A stretch of DNA of 57,899 nucleotides, taken from contig JAZSPS010000047.1 of assembly GCA_045537595.1 (NCBI GenBank), positions 1-57,899 of the forward strand, in the 5' to 3' direction. The DNA is from Eubacteriales bacterium (GTDB lineage Bacteria > Bacillota > Clostridia > Oscillospirales > CAG-272). Both the position numbers and the translations under genes were made by a program. Of the stretch, positions 19,010-27,625 are shown piece after piece. A model generated the notes under the pieces. It had not been told where the DNA came from. It did not search any database and saw only the letters and a list, made by a program, of their open reading frames with translations. Numbering within the stretch: position 1 is the stretch's first letter; each line of letters opens with the position of its first letter.

Positions 19010-19897
19010 CTATTCGATGTTCTGGATCTGCTCGCGGATCTTTTCAATCTCGCATTTCATGTCCACCACCAGTCTGGCGATGGAGGCGTTTTGGCATTTT
19101 GAACCGATGGTATTGGTTTCCCGATTGATCTCCTGAATCAGGAAGTCAAGTCGGCGTCCCATAGGCTCATTGGACAAGAGCATCTCATCAAATCCGTTGA
19201 AATGGGAGCGAAGGCGGACCAATTCCTCGTCTATGGCGATACGGTCGGCAAAGATCGCGCATTCGGTAAGGATCCGACTTTCCTCAAAGACGATTCGGTT
19301 ATCGGCGAGCATTTCCTTCAAACGGCTCTCCAGCTTCTCACGGTAGGAGGCGGTGTCCTCGGCGGACAATGCCTCGACCTTATCTACGTTGTGGCGAATG
19401 GATTCAATTTTGCTTTTGAGGTCGTTTTCGATGTTTTTACCTTCTCTGATCCGTCCCGCGATGAATTTTTCAAGGGCGGCATCCAAGACGACCCGTACGT
19501 CCTGCCAATCCTTTTCGATATCCTCTTCCTGTTTTTTAATAATAAACAGATCCTTGTTTTGCGCCACGGACATGACGGAAATATCGTCAGGCAGGCTGTA
19601 GGTGTCTCTTAAATTTTTCAGTGCCGTAAGGTAGGCAGAGGCATAGCCCTCGTCCAGCGCGATCTCGGTGTCGGGGGAATCAATAACATCGATTCCGATA
19701 AAGACATCCACCTTGCCTCGGGCAATGGAAGCGGCTTGGAGATAGGGCTTGATTTTTTCTTCCAAAAAAGAGAAGGCTCTCGGTAATTTTACCGAGCAAT
19801 CAAAGAAACGGTTATTAACGGATCGGATCTCAACGGTGATATCTTTTCCGCCCTCGGTCTGCCGTGCCCTGCCGAAGGAGGTCATACTTTTCATCAT
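19010..19897 (-). CDS. yicC: YicC/YloC family endoribonuclease
   Basis: 295 aa starting MMKSMTSFGRA, with the C-terminal EINRETNTIGSK motif. Confidence 0.88.
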   Translation of the reverse strand: MMKSMTSFGRARQTEGGKDITVEIRSVNNRFFDCSVKLPRAFSFLEEKIKPYLQAASIARGKVDVFIGIDVIDSPDTEIALDEGYASAYLTALKNLRDTYSLPDDISVMSVAQNKDLFIIKKQEEDIEKDWQDVRVVLDAALEKFIAGRIREGKNIENDLKSKIESIRHNVDKVEALSAEDTASYREKLESRLKEMLADNRIVFEESRILTECAIFADRIAIDEELVRLRSHFNGFDEMLLSNEPMGRRLDFLIQEINRETNTIGSKCQNASIARLVVDMKCEIEKIREQIQNIE

Positions 19898-20256
19898 AAG
19901 AATATCCTTCTTTAAATTTAATACTTTTTAATATTCATTCGATATCTATCTAATATTTCTTACAGCTCTAACATATAGGATTGGTTCCGACAGGGAACAC
20001 TTATTCACGCTTCGGACACAACTATACACATTAATTATAAACCTTTTTTTAGACCTTGTCAACGGAATTTTTAATTTTACGGCATTTCGTACAAATAATT
20101 TTTAATTATTATTAAATTTTTAAACGCTTTTTTGCTTTTCTGTATTTTAAGTGTCCGAGGTGTGGGAAAGTTAGAGTTTGTGAAAGAGATTTTTTGTCTA
20201 AAATCCCCCAAAATACATAAAATGCAGGCAAGAATGAAAAAAATTTAAAAAAGCTC

Positions 20257-20285
20257 TTGCCTTTTGGCTGAAAATGGTGTATAAT
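20257..20285 (+). promoter_or_regulatory. Sigma-A-type promoter upstream of efp
   Basis: TTGCCT (20257-20262), 17-nt spacer, TATAAT (20280-20285). Confidence 0.55.
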
Positions 20286-20351
20286 AAAACGAATAATGTA
20301 CATATGTAAGGCATATGTAAGTGTGAAATAAAATTCGGAGGTATATAAAAA

Positions 20352-20909
20352 ATGGTAGTAGCAGGAGATTTTAAAAACGGCATTACATTTGATATGGACG
20401 GAAGCGTTTATCAGGTTATCGAGTTTCAGCATGTAAAGCCCGGTAAGGGAGCCGCCTTTGTTCGTACCAAGATCAAAAATGTTGTAACCGGTTCCGTAAT
20501 TGAAAGAACCTTCAGCCCCACAGACAAATTTGAGAACGCTTATATCGAGAGAAAGGAAATGCAGTATTCTTACAGCGACGGTGATCTGTATTACTTTATG
20601 GATATGGAAACCTTTGATATGCTTCCTCTTAACGGCGACAAGCTTCCCGAAAGCTTTAAGTTCGTTAAGGAGGAAATGATGTGTAAGATCGTTTCCTACA
20701 AGGGTAACGTGTTTGGCGTTGAGCCTCCTACATTCGTAGAATTGGCTGTTACCCAGACTGACCCCGGTTTTGCCGGCAATACCGCAACCAATACTCTGAA
20801 GCCCGCGACCCTGGAGACCGGTGCTGTGATCAAGGTACCGCTCTTTATCAACGAGGGTGAGGTATTGAAGATCGACACCAGAACCGGCGAGTATCTGTCC
20901 CGCGCGTAA
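20352..20909 (+). CDS. efp: Elongation factor P
   Basis: 185 aa: [43 protein letters not shown]. The long antisense ORF 20112-21458 is a shadow. Confidence 0.95.
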   Translation: MVVAGDFKNGITFDMDGSVYQVIEFQHVKPGKGAAFVRTKIKNVVTGSVIERTFSPTDKFENAYIERKEMQYSYSDGDLYYFMDMETFDMLPLNGDKLPESFKFVKEEMMCKIVSYKGNVFGVEPPTFVELAVTQTDPGFAGNTATNTLKPATLETGAVIKVPLFINEGEVLKIDTRTGEYLSRA

Positions 20910-20927
20910 TCGGGCAGTGGGAGGTAT

Positions 20928-21404
20928 ATGATGACACTGAACGAAAGAGCGTCCTATATCAAGGGCTTGGCTGACGGAATGGAGCTGGATCAGTCCTCTA
21001 AGGAGGGCAGGGTAATTGCCGCTTTGATCGAGCTGATTTCCGACATGGCGGATGAGATCGCTGTGCTTGAGGAGCAGGTGGACACGGTTCACGCGTACTG
21101 CGAGGAGTTGGACGAGGATCTTGGCAGCGTTGAGGAGATTCTGCTGGACGACGAGTGCGATTGCGATTGTTGCGAGGATGAGGACGATTACGACGACTTC
21201 GAATGCGACGGCAACTGCGATTGCTGTGACGAGGATTGTGAGCTGAATGAGGAGGATTATTTTGAGGTTGAATGTCCTTCTTGCGGTGACACCATTTGCT
21301 TTGACAGCAGTATCGATCCTGAGGAGCTGATTTGCCCCGCATGCGGTGAAAAATTTGAATGCTTGATTTCCGAAGAGGATCTCAAGGCGTTGGACGAGGA
21401 ATAA
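20928..21404 (+). CDS. Acidic Cys-rich protein with a C-terminal zinc ribbon (CD1247 N-terminal-domain-like)
   Basis: 158 aa with a GGGAGG RBS. Helical N-terminal domain, then 9 Cys within the D/E-rich stretch ECDCDCCEDEDDYDDFECDGNCDCCDEDC, then CPSC...CPAC. Confidence 0.65.
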   Translation: MMTLNERASYIKGLADGMELDQSSKEGRVIAALIELISDMADEIAVLEEQVDTVHAYCEELDEDLGSVEEILLDDECDCDCCEDEDDYDDFECDGNCDCCDEDCELNEEDYFEVECPSCGDTICFDSSIDPEELICPACGEKFECLISEEDLKALDEE

Positions 21405-21439
21405 TTTGTCGGTTGCTTCATACAACGGCATAAATAATA

Positions 21440-21482
21440 ACACACGGCGGTTGCGCATTGCGCAACCGCCGTGTGTGTTTCT
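21440..21482 (+). terminator. Intrinsic terminator after the efp operon
   Basis: Perfect 18-nt inverted repeat ACACACGGCGGTTGCGCA (21440-21457) / TGCGCAACCGCCGTGTGT (21459-21476), followed by a short T-containing tail. Confidence 0.65.
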
Positions 21483-21568
21483 ATAAAGTATAACGACATG
21501 CTTTTTGTCATTGTTACTTTGATACAGGATTGCCTCGCAAGCTCGGCAAAGATCCTTCGCTTCGCTCT

Positions 21569-21724
21569 GGATGACACGTACGGCAGCTTGTGCGAGAATT
21601 AAAGTTTATCTGTCGCACAGCGCCTCATTTCCGTGTCATTCGCAAACGTTGCAGAGTGACGAGGGGAGGAAAGGCGGAGAAATACAGTCCGTACGTCGCG
21701 CAAGGTTTATTGCGTATAACGGAC
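21569..21724. other. Structured, GC-richer non-coding segment with nested inverted repeats (possible sRNA or dispersed-repeat copy)
   Basis: Inverted repeats: GGATGACACG (21569-21578) / CGTGTCATT (21632-21640); GCTTGTGCGA (21586-21595) / TCGCACAGC (21613-21621); and a second hairpin GTCCGT (21687-21692) / ACGGAC (21719-21724) with inner CGCAA/TTGCG. Confidence 0.3.
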
Positions 21725-21893
21725 AGCCGACGTCTGTCTCTATGGGTTAAAATGAAATCCAAAGGTGAACGAACCTCTATGCGGGCTGATTTTTTTGTTT
21801 TTTTGGTTATGCCCGATTTTGTTGTATTTTCTGTGGTTTTTGGATGGATTTAAAAAATAATTTGCAAAAATCAAAAAAAACAAAGAAAAACTA

Positions 21894-21922
21894 TTGACAA
21901 GAACAGAGAAATGTGGTATAGT
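21894..21922 (+). promoter_or_regulatory. Sigma-A-type promoter of the microcompartment operon
   Basis: TTGACA (21894-21899), 17-nt spacer, TATAGT (21917-21922). It is about 140 nt upstream of the GRE start, with an A-rich 5' UTR. Confidence 0.65.
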
Positions 21923-22068
21923 GTATACAGCAAAGTATGTAAAGTGGAAAATAGAATGGATTTATGTGATTTTTTACAAAACAACAAGCTATAATTTGTT
22001 AAAAACGCAAAAACCAAATGAAATAAATAATAACAAAAATAACAAATAAAAGGAAAAGGAAGGTTCGT

Positions 22069-24594
22069 ATGAAATTTTATACAGAGCCGATTGCTAAGTC
22101 TCCGAGAATATCGAAATTGGTTGACGCGCTGTTTGAGAAAATGCCTCAAATCGAAGCGGACCGTGCGGTTCTTTTGACCGAATCTTATCGGAGCACCGAG
22201 GGCGAGCCCGTGATTACACGACGGGCTAAGGCTTTTAAGCATATTCTTGAGTATATTCCGATCACCATTCGTGAGGGTGAGCTGATCGTGGGATCGGCAA
22301 CCAAAGCACCCAGAGGCTGTCAGGTCTTCCCTGAATATTCTTTTGAGTGGTTGGCGTCGGAGTTTGACACGGTAGAAAAGAGAACGGCGGACCCGTTTTA
22401 CATATCGGAGGAGACCAAACAGACACTTTCCGAGGTTTACAAGTATTGGAAGGGGAAAACCACCAGCGAGCTTGCTACCGCTTATATGTCAGAGGACGCC
22501 AAACTGGCGATGGAGCACAATATTTTTACTCCGGGAAATTATTTTTACAACGGAATCGGGCATGTGACCGTGGATTATCCCAAGGTTTTAGCGGTGGGAT
22601 ACAGCGGTATCATAAAGGAAGCCAAGGATGCTCTTGCCTGTCTGTCGCAGGGAGATGCGGATTTCGCGCGGCGCAGTCACTTCTTGAACGCGGTGATCAT
22701 GAGCTGCGAGGCCGCGATCGCCTATGCAAAGCGCTATTCGGAGCTGGCGGAGACGATGGCAAAGACAACGGCGGATATCGGACGAAGAAAAGAGCTTGAA
22801 AATATCGCGTCCATTTGCCGCAATGTGCCGAAATACGGCGCGGAGAGCTTTTATGAGGCATGTCAGTCCTTTTGGTTCGTACAAATGCTGTTACAGATCG
22901 AATCCAGCGGACATTCCATTTCGCCCGGACGGTTCGACCAATATATGTATCCTTATTATAAAAAAGATTTGGATTCGGGAAGGATCACCAGAGAGCAAGC
23001 CCAAGAGCTGATGGATTGTATTTGGGTCAAGCTGAACGATCTGAACAAGTGCAGAGATGCCGCTTCGGCAGAGGGCTTCGCGGGCTACAGCTTGTTCCAG
23101 AATCTGATCGCCGGCGGACAGGACAAGCACGGAAGGGATGCGACCAACGATCTTTCCTTTATGTCGATCACCGCTACCGAGCATGTGTTCCTGCCTCAGC
23201 CTTCCTTCTCGGTAAGAGTTTGGAACGGCTCGCCCCATGAATTTTTGATCCGCGCGGCGGAGCTGACCCGAACAGGCATTGGTTTTCCCGCGTATTACAA
23301 CGATGAGGTCATCATTCCCGCCTTGCAGAGCAGGGGATTGACGCTGGAGGATGCCAGAGACTACAATATTATCGGTTGTGTGGAGCCCCAAAAGGCGGCG
23401 AAAACCGACGGCTGGCATGACGCGGCGTTCTTTAATATGTGCCGCCCCTTGGAGCTTGTGTTTTCAAACGGCAGGGACAAGGGAGTACAGGTCGGTCCTC
23501 GCACCGGCGAGGTCGAGACCATGCGGACCTATGAGGAATTTGAGGCGGCTTACCGCGCGCAGATGAATTACTTTATTGAGCTTTTGGTCAATGCTGATAA
23601 CGCCATTGACGCCGCTCACGCCGAGCGTTGCCCGTTGCCCTTTCAATCCTCTATGGTGAATGATTGTATTAAAAAAGGAAAGAGCTTGCAGGAGGGCGGC
23701 GCGGTCTACAACTTTACAGGTCCTCAGGGCTTTGGAATCGCCAATATTACCGACGGTATGTACGCCGTGAAAAAGCTGGTTTTTGAGGAAAAGAAGTATA
23801 CCTTGGGCTTTTTCAAAAAGGCGTTGGAGGAAAACTACGGAATGGACATGGACCACCAGATGGCGTCCAAGCTTACGCGTGAGGTCGCGTTCTCCATTGC
23901 CGCGTCGGGGAAGGAGCTGACGGCGGAGGATATTAAGACCGTTTATCTGACAGTAAAGGAAAACAAGGCGAGCGAGGCGGACAAAAAGCAATATGCCCGG
24001 CTATTGAGCGATATTGCGGCGCTTTCAAAATTCGGAAACGATGAGGACGAGGTCGACAGCTTCGCGCGAGAGATGGCATACACCTACACCAAGCCTCTTG
24101 AGAATTATAAAAACCCCAGAGGCGGAAGCTATCAGGCGGGCTTATATCCTGTGTCGGCAAATGTTCCCTTGGGCGCGCAGACGGGAGCGACTCCCGACGG
24201 AAGGCTTGCGTATACCCCCATCGCGGACGGTGTTTCTCCCGCGGCGGGCAGAGACGTAAAGGGTCCCACGGCGGCTGCCAACTCGGTATCCCGCTTGGAT
24301 CATTACATTGCCTCCAACGGAACGCTGTTTAACATGAAGTTCCACCCGTCGGCACTGGAGGGTCGGAGCGGTTTGGAGAGCTTTGTGGCGTTGGTTCGGG
24401 GTTATTTTGATCAAAAGGGAAGCCATATGCAATTTAATGTGGTAAGCCGAGAGACCTTGCGTGACGCGCAAAGAAATCCGGAAAAGTACAAGTCCTTGGT
24501 GGTACGTGTTGCCGGTTATTCCGCTCTCTTTACCACCTTATCCAAGGGCTTACAGGAAGATATTATCAACCGAACCGAGCAGCAGGGCTTTTAA
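22069..24594 (+). CDS. Glycyl radical enzyme, diol (1,2-propanediol) dehydratase-type
   Basis: 841 aa PFL-fold protein. It has the catalytic loop IIGCVEP and the C-terminal glycyl radical motif VVRVAGYSALF. It is encoded in a BMC operon with an aldolase, AldDH and PduL. Confidence 0.85.
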   Translation: MKFYTEPIAKSPRISKLVDALFEKMPQIEADRAVLLTESYRSTEGEPVITRRAKAFKHILEYIPITIREGELIVGSATKAPRGCQVFPEYSFEWLASEFDTVEKRTADPFYISEETKQTLSEVYKYWKGKTTSELATAYMSEDAKLAMEHNIFTPGNYFYNGIGHVTVDYPKVLAVGYSGIIKEAKDALACLSQGDADFARRSHFLNAVIMSCEAAIAYAKRYSELAETMAKTTADIGRRKELENIASICRNVPKYGAESFYEACQSFWFVQMLLQIESSGHSISPGRFDQYMYPYYKKDLDSGRITREQAQELMDCIWVKLNDLNKCRDAASAEGFAGYSLFQNLIAGGQDKHGRDATNDLSFMSITATEHVFLPQPSFSVRVWNGSPHEFLIRAAELTRTGIGFPAYYNDEVIIPALQSRGLTLEDARDYNIIGCVEPQKAAKTDGWHDAAFFNMCRPLELVFSNGRDKGVQVGPRTGEVETMRTYEEFEAAYRAQMNYFIELLVNADNAIDAAHAERCPLPFQSSMVNDCIKKGKSLQEGGAVYNFTGPQGFGIANITDGMYAVKKLVFEEKKYTLGFFKKALEENYGMDMDHQMASKLTREVAFSIAASGKELTAEDIKTVYLTVKENKASEADKKQYARLLSDIAALSKFGNDEDEVDSFAREMAYTYTKPLENYKNPRGGSYQAGLYPVSANVPLGAQTGATPDGRLAYTPIADGVSPAAGRDVKGPTAAANSVSRLDHYIASNGTLFNMKFHPSALEGRSGLESFVALVRGYFDQKGSHMQFNVVSRETLRDAQRNPEKYKSLVVRVAGYSALFTTLSKGLQEDIINRTEQQGF

Positions 24595-24640
24595 GGAGCG
24601 GCGGTTATGTCGGTGAGTAGAAAGAGAGGGGAGAGAAGCG

Positions 24641-25444
24641 ATGGAAAGCTCCCTGAGTGAAATACTTGAAACAAAAGGGCGGATCTTTAACATTCAACGA
24701 TTCTCCATTCATGACGGTCCCGGAGTGCGCACCATTGTTTTTCTGAAGGGGTGTCCCCTTCGGTGCAGATGGTGCTGCAATCCCGAATCTCAGGAATGGA
24801 AGCCCGAGACCGTTACGGTGGGCGGTATCTCCAAGCTTGCGGGAACCGATGTGACGGTCAGAGAGGTGCTTGAGGAGATCAAGCGGGATCGGGTGTATTA
24901 CAACCGTTCCGGCGGAGGCGGTGTTACGCTGTCGGGCGGGGAATGCCTTTGGCAGCCTGATTTTTCCGCGGCGTTGCTTCGCGCCTCCAAGGAGATCGGA
25001 ATTTCCACTGCCATTGAGACCACGGGCTTCGCGGAAATGTCGGTGATCCGAGGTCTGCTGCCTTATGTGGATACCGTTCTGATGGATATCAAGCATATGA
25101 ATGGTGAAAAGCACAAGGAATTTACCACAAGGGACAACCGATTGATTTTGGAAAACGCCAAGCATATTGCCCGAGAGGCTTCTTGTCTGGTCATTCGAAC
25201 TCCTGTGATTCCCACGTTTAATGATACGGAGGAAGAGATCGGAGAGATTGCCGCCTTTGCCGCCTCCCTTGGAACGGTGAAGGAAATGCATCTTTTACCG
25301 TATCACAGGATCGGGTCTGACAAATACGCGGGCTTGGGAAGAACCTATACCATGGCGCATATTCGGGTTCCTGAAAAGGAGACCATGCAAAGGCTGCTGG
25401 CGGTAGTAAACAGCAAGGGGCTTCGGGGACAGATCGGCGGATAA
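24641..25444 (+). CDS. Glycyl-radical enzyme activating enzyme (radical SAM), short PflA-like form
   Basis: 267 aa with CPLRCRWCCNPE (CX3CX2C) and the GGGVTLSGGE motif. It immediately follows the GRE gene. Confidence 0.9.
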   Translation: MESSLSEILETKGRIFNIQRFSIHDGPGVRTIVFLKGCPLRCRWCCNPESQEWKPETVTVGGISKLAGTDVTVREVLEEIKRDRVYYNRSGGGGVTLSGGECLWQPDFSAALLRASKEIGISTAIETTGFAEMSVIRGLLPYVDTVLMDIKHMNGEKHKEFTTRDNRLILENAKHIAREASCLVIRTPVIPTFNDTEEEIGEIAAFAASLGTVKEMHLLPYHRIGSDKYAGLGRTYTMAHIRVPEKETMQRLLAVVNSKGLRGQIGG

Positions 25445-25468
25445 AGCTGTTAGAAGGAGGAGATACGT

Positions 25469-25822
25469 TTGCAGGAAAAACAAAGAATTATACAGGAGCT
25501 TGTTCCGGGTAAGCAAATTACGCTGGCGCATATTATTGCCAATCCCGATGAGATCCTTTATAAAAAGCTGGGACTGGATCCCGCTGTGGAATATTCAAAA
25601 TCGGCAATCGGCATTTTGACCCTCAGTCCTGCCGAAACCGCCATTATCGCGGGGGATATCGCTATTAAATCCTCGGGGGCTCAGTTGGGATTTGTTGACC
25701 GCTTTAGCGGAACGGTGATTCTGACGGGAACCTATTCGGAGGTGGATGCCTCCCTTCGCGCTGTGACACAGTATGCCGAGGAAACGCTTGGGTTTACGGT
25801 ATGCAAGATCACGAAAACCTAA
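25469..25822 (+). CDS. pduU: BMC shell protein, PduU/EutS type (permuted BMC domain)
   Basis: 117 aa containing QELVPGKQITLAHIIANPD and FVDRFSGTVILTG. TTG start with GAAGGAGGAG upstream. Confidence 0.85.
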   Translation: MQEKQRIIQELVPGKQITLAHIIANPDEILYKKLGLDPAVEYSKSAIGILTLSPAETAIIAGDIAIKSSGAQLGFVDRFSGTVILTGTYSEVDASLRAVTQYAEETLGFTVCKITKT

Positions 25823-26247
25823 TGAAAAAGACCCTTCTGGTGGGGCGGCATGGGGTTGGAAAAACCACTCTGACGCAGGCTTTGAAGGGAGAAGAGCTTC
25901 GGTATATCAAAACCCAGTATATGAATTACGGCGATTGGCTGATCGATTCGCCCGGAGAATACGCGGAGGTTCACGGATTGGGTGCCGCCTTGGCGATCTA
26001 TTCTTATGAGGCGGATGTGGTGGCGATGCTGATCGCGGCGGATGACGATTATTCGCTATTCCCCCCCAACTGCGCTTCCATGATCAACCGTGATGTTATT
26101 GGTGTTGTGACCAAAATTGACAAGTGCCCTCCTCAGCGAGCGGAAAATTGGCTGAGGCTTTCGGGATGCAAAAGAATTTTCCCGATCAACTCGCACACCG
26201 GAGAGGGTGTGGAGGAATTGAAGGCTTATCTGCGCAAGCGGAGCTGA
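25822..26247 (+). CDS. pduV: EutP/PduV family small GTPase
   Basis: Starts MKKTLLVGRHGVGKTTLTQAL (P-loop). The ATG overlaps the pduU stop in a TAATG arrangement. Confidence 0.85.
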   Translation: MKKTLLVGRHGVGKTTLTQALKGEELRYIKTQYMNYGDWLIDSPGEYAEVHGLGAALAIYSYEADVVAMLIAADDDYSLFPPNCASMINRDVIGVVTKIDKCPPQRAENWLRLSGCKRIFPINSHTGEGVEELKAYLRKRS

Positions 26248-26294
26248 TATAAACAATGTAAAAAATAATTTATAATTTTTAAAGGAGAACAAAA

Positions 26295-27089
26295 ATGGTT
26301 AACGAGTATGAAATCAAAAAACAGATATGCGAGATCGGTAAGCGTATCTACAATAAGGGAATGGTTGCTTCCAACGACGGTAACATTTCCGTAAAGCTGA
26401 ATGACAATGAGTTCCTTTGCACCCCTACCGGTGTTTCCAAGGGCTTTATGACCCCTGAATTCATCTGTAAGGTTGACGCTCAGGGCAAGGTGATTCAGGC
26501 AAACCCCGGCTTTAAGCCCTCTTCCGAGATCAAGATGCACATGAGAGTTTACCGTGAGCGTCCCGATGTTAACTCGGTGGTTCATGCCCATCCTCTTTAC
26601 GCGACCTCTTTCGCTATCGCGGGAATTCCGCTGACCGAGCCGATCATGCCCGAGGCAGTTATCGCTCTCGGATGTGTTCCGATCGCTGAGTACGGCACGC
26701 CCTCTACCGAGGAGATTCCCGACGCGGTTTCTAAATATTTGCAGTACTACGACGCAGTCCTCCTTGCAAACCACGGTGCTCTTTCCTTCTCGGATTCCTT
26801 GCTGAACGCATATCACAAGATGGAATCGGTTGAGTTCTACGCACAGCTTTTGTATCAGTCCAAGGTTTTGGGCGGACCGAAGAAGCTGAGTGACGCTCAG
26901 GTAGAGAGACTGTATGAGATTCGCCGCCAGTTCGGTCTGAAGGGCAAGCACCCCGCAGACGTCTGTCCCAACGCGCAGGCAGGCAAGCCCAGCTGTCATG
27001 GCTGCGGCGGAAAGTGCGGAAGCAAGGGAACCGACGCGGATACCGTTGCTATGATCACAAAGCTTGTTCTTGAGCAGCTTGGCAAATAA
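26295..27089 (+). CDS. Class II aldolase (L-fuculose/rhamnulose-1-phosphate aldolase type) with a C-terminal Cys-rich linker and an amphipathic tail
   Basis: 264 aa. The aldolase_II core has ASNDGNIS, HAHP and ANHG motifs. An extra 47-aa tail reads KHPADVCPNAQAGKPSCHGCGGKCGSKGTDADTVAMITKLVLEQLGK. Confidence 0.85.
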   Translation: MVNEYEIKKQICEIGKRIYNKGMVASNDGNISVKLNDNEFLCTPTGVSKGFMTPEFICKVDAQGKVIQANPGFKPSSEIKMHMRVYRERPDVNSVVHAHPLYATSFAIAGIPLTEPIMPEAVIALGCVPIAEYGTPSTEEIPDAVSKYLQYYDAVLLANHGALSFSDSLLNAYHKMESVEFYAQLLYQSKVLGGPKKLSDAQVERLYEIRRQFGLKGKHPADVCPNAQAGKPSCHGCGGKCGSKGTDADTVAMITKLVLEQLGK

Positions 27090-27107
27090 TTATACAGCAA
27101 GATCCTT

Positions 27108-27584
27108 ATGAACGAAAATCAAATCAGAGAAATTGTTCAAAACACGATTTCCGCACGGAAGAGCGAAAAGAGACAGATGACCTTGGAGCTTGCCGAGACA
27201 ATTGCCGAGGCGGTTCTAAACGAGGCGGGGCGCATGGGGGTGAAGGCGGTGGTTTGTATTTCCGATGCCGCGGGAAACCCGAAGCTGGTCAAATGTATGG
27301 ATGACGCTTATATCGCCAGCTATGATGTGGCGGTGAACAAGGCGTTTACCGTGGTGGCGCTGAAAATGTCTACCATAGAGCTGAAGCCTCTCGCTCAGCC
27401 GAACGCGTCCCTTTACGGGATCCAATTTACCAATGGAGGTAAGATCGTGATTTTCGGCGGCGGAGATCCTCTGGTGAACCCTCAGGGGGCGATCATCGGC
27501 GGTCTTGGGGTCAGCGGCGGAAGTGAGGAGCAGGATACGGCTCTTTCCGCTTACGGCAGAAATTATTTTGAAAAAATGATATAA
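27108..27584 (+). CDS. GlcG/HbpS-like (DUF336, PduO C-terminal-domain-like) protein with an N-terminal extension
   Basis: 158 aa. The DUF336 core begins around MTLELAETIAEAV and includes GGLGVSGG. It is preceded by MNENQIREIVQNTISARKSEKRQ. Confidence 0.8.
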   Translation: MNENQIREIVQNTISARKSEKRQMTLELAETIAEAVLNEAGRMGVKAVVCISDAAGNPKLVKCMDDAYIASYDVAVNKAFTVVALKMSTIELKPLAQPNASLYGIQFTNGGKIVIFGGGDPLVNPQGAIIGGLGVSGGSEEQDTALSAYGRNYFEKMI

Positions 27585-27625
27585 AAAAGAAGTTTGTTTT
27601 TATTACATAGTGAAAGGAAAAAGAG

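Noticed and set aside
20112-21458. 448-aa ORF on the minus strand, the longest unassigned ORF in the track
   Set aside because: It lies exactly antisense to efp and the acidic Cys-rich gene, both of which have clear homology-type signatures and RBSs. Its sequence is low-complexity (runs of L, I, V, Q) and it has no RBS. It is a shadow ORF.
21590-21853. 87-aa ORF in the spacer upstream of the BMC promoter
   Set aside because: It has no Shine-Dalgarno, a non-ATG start, and an Arg/Cys-rich then Phe/Val-rich composition that tracks the local nucleotide skew. The region is better explained as non-coding structure.
21923-22068. Cobalamin or other riboswitch in the 5' UTR of the BMC operon, and a 12-codon uORF (MDLCDFLQNNKL)
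   Set aside because: The UTR is A-rich and unstructured, with no B12-box-like sequence. This is consistent with a B12-independent glycyl radical dehydratase. The uORF has no RBS and no meaningful codon bias.
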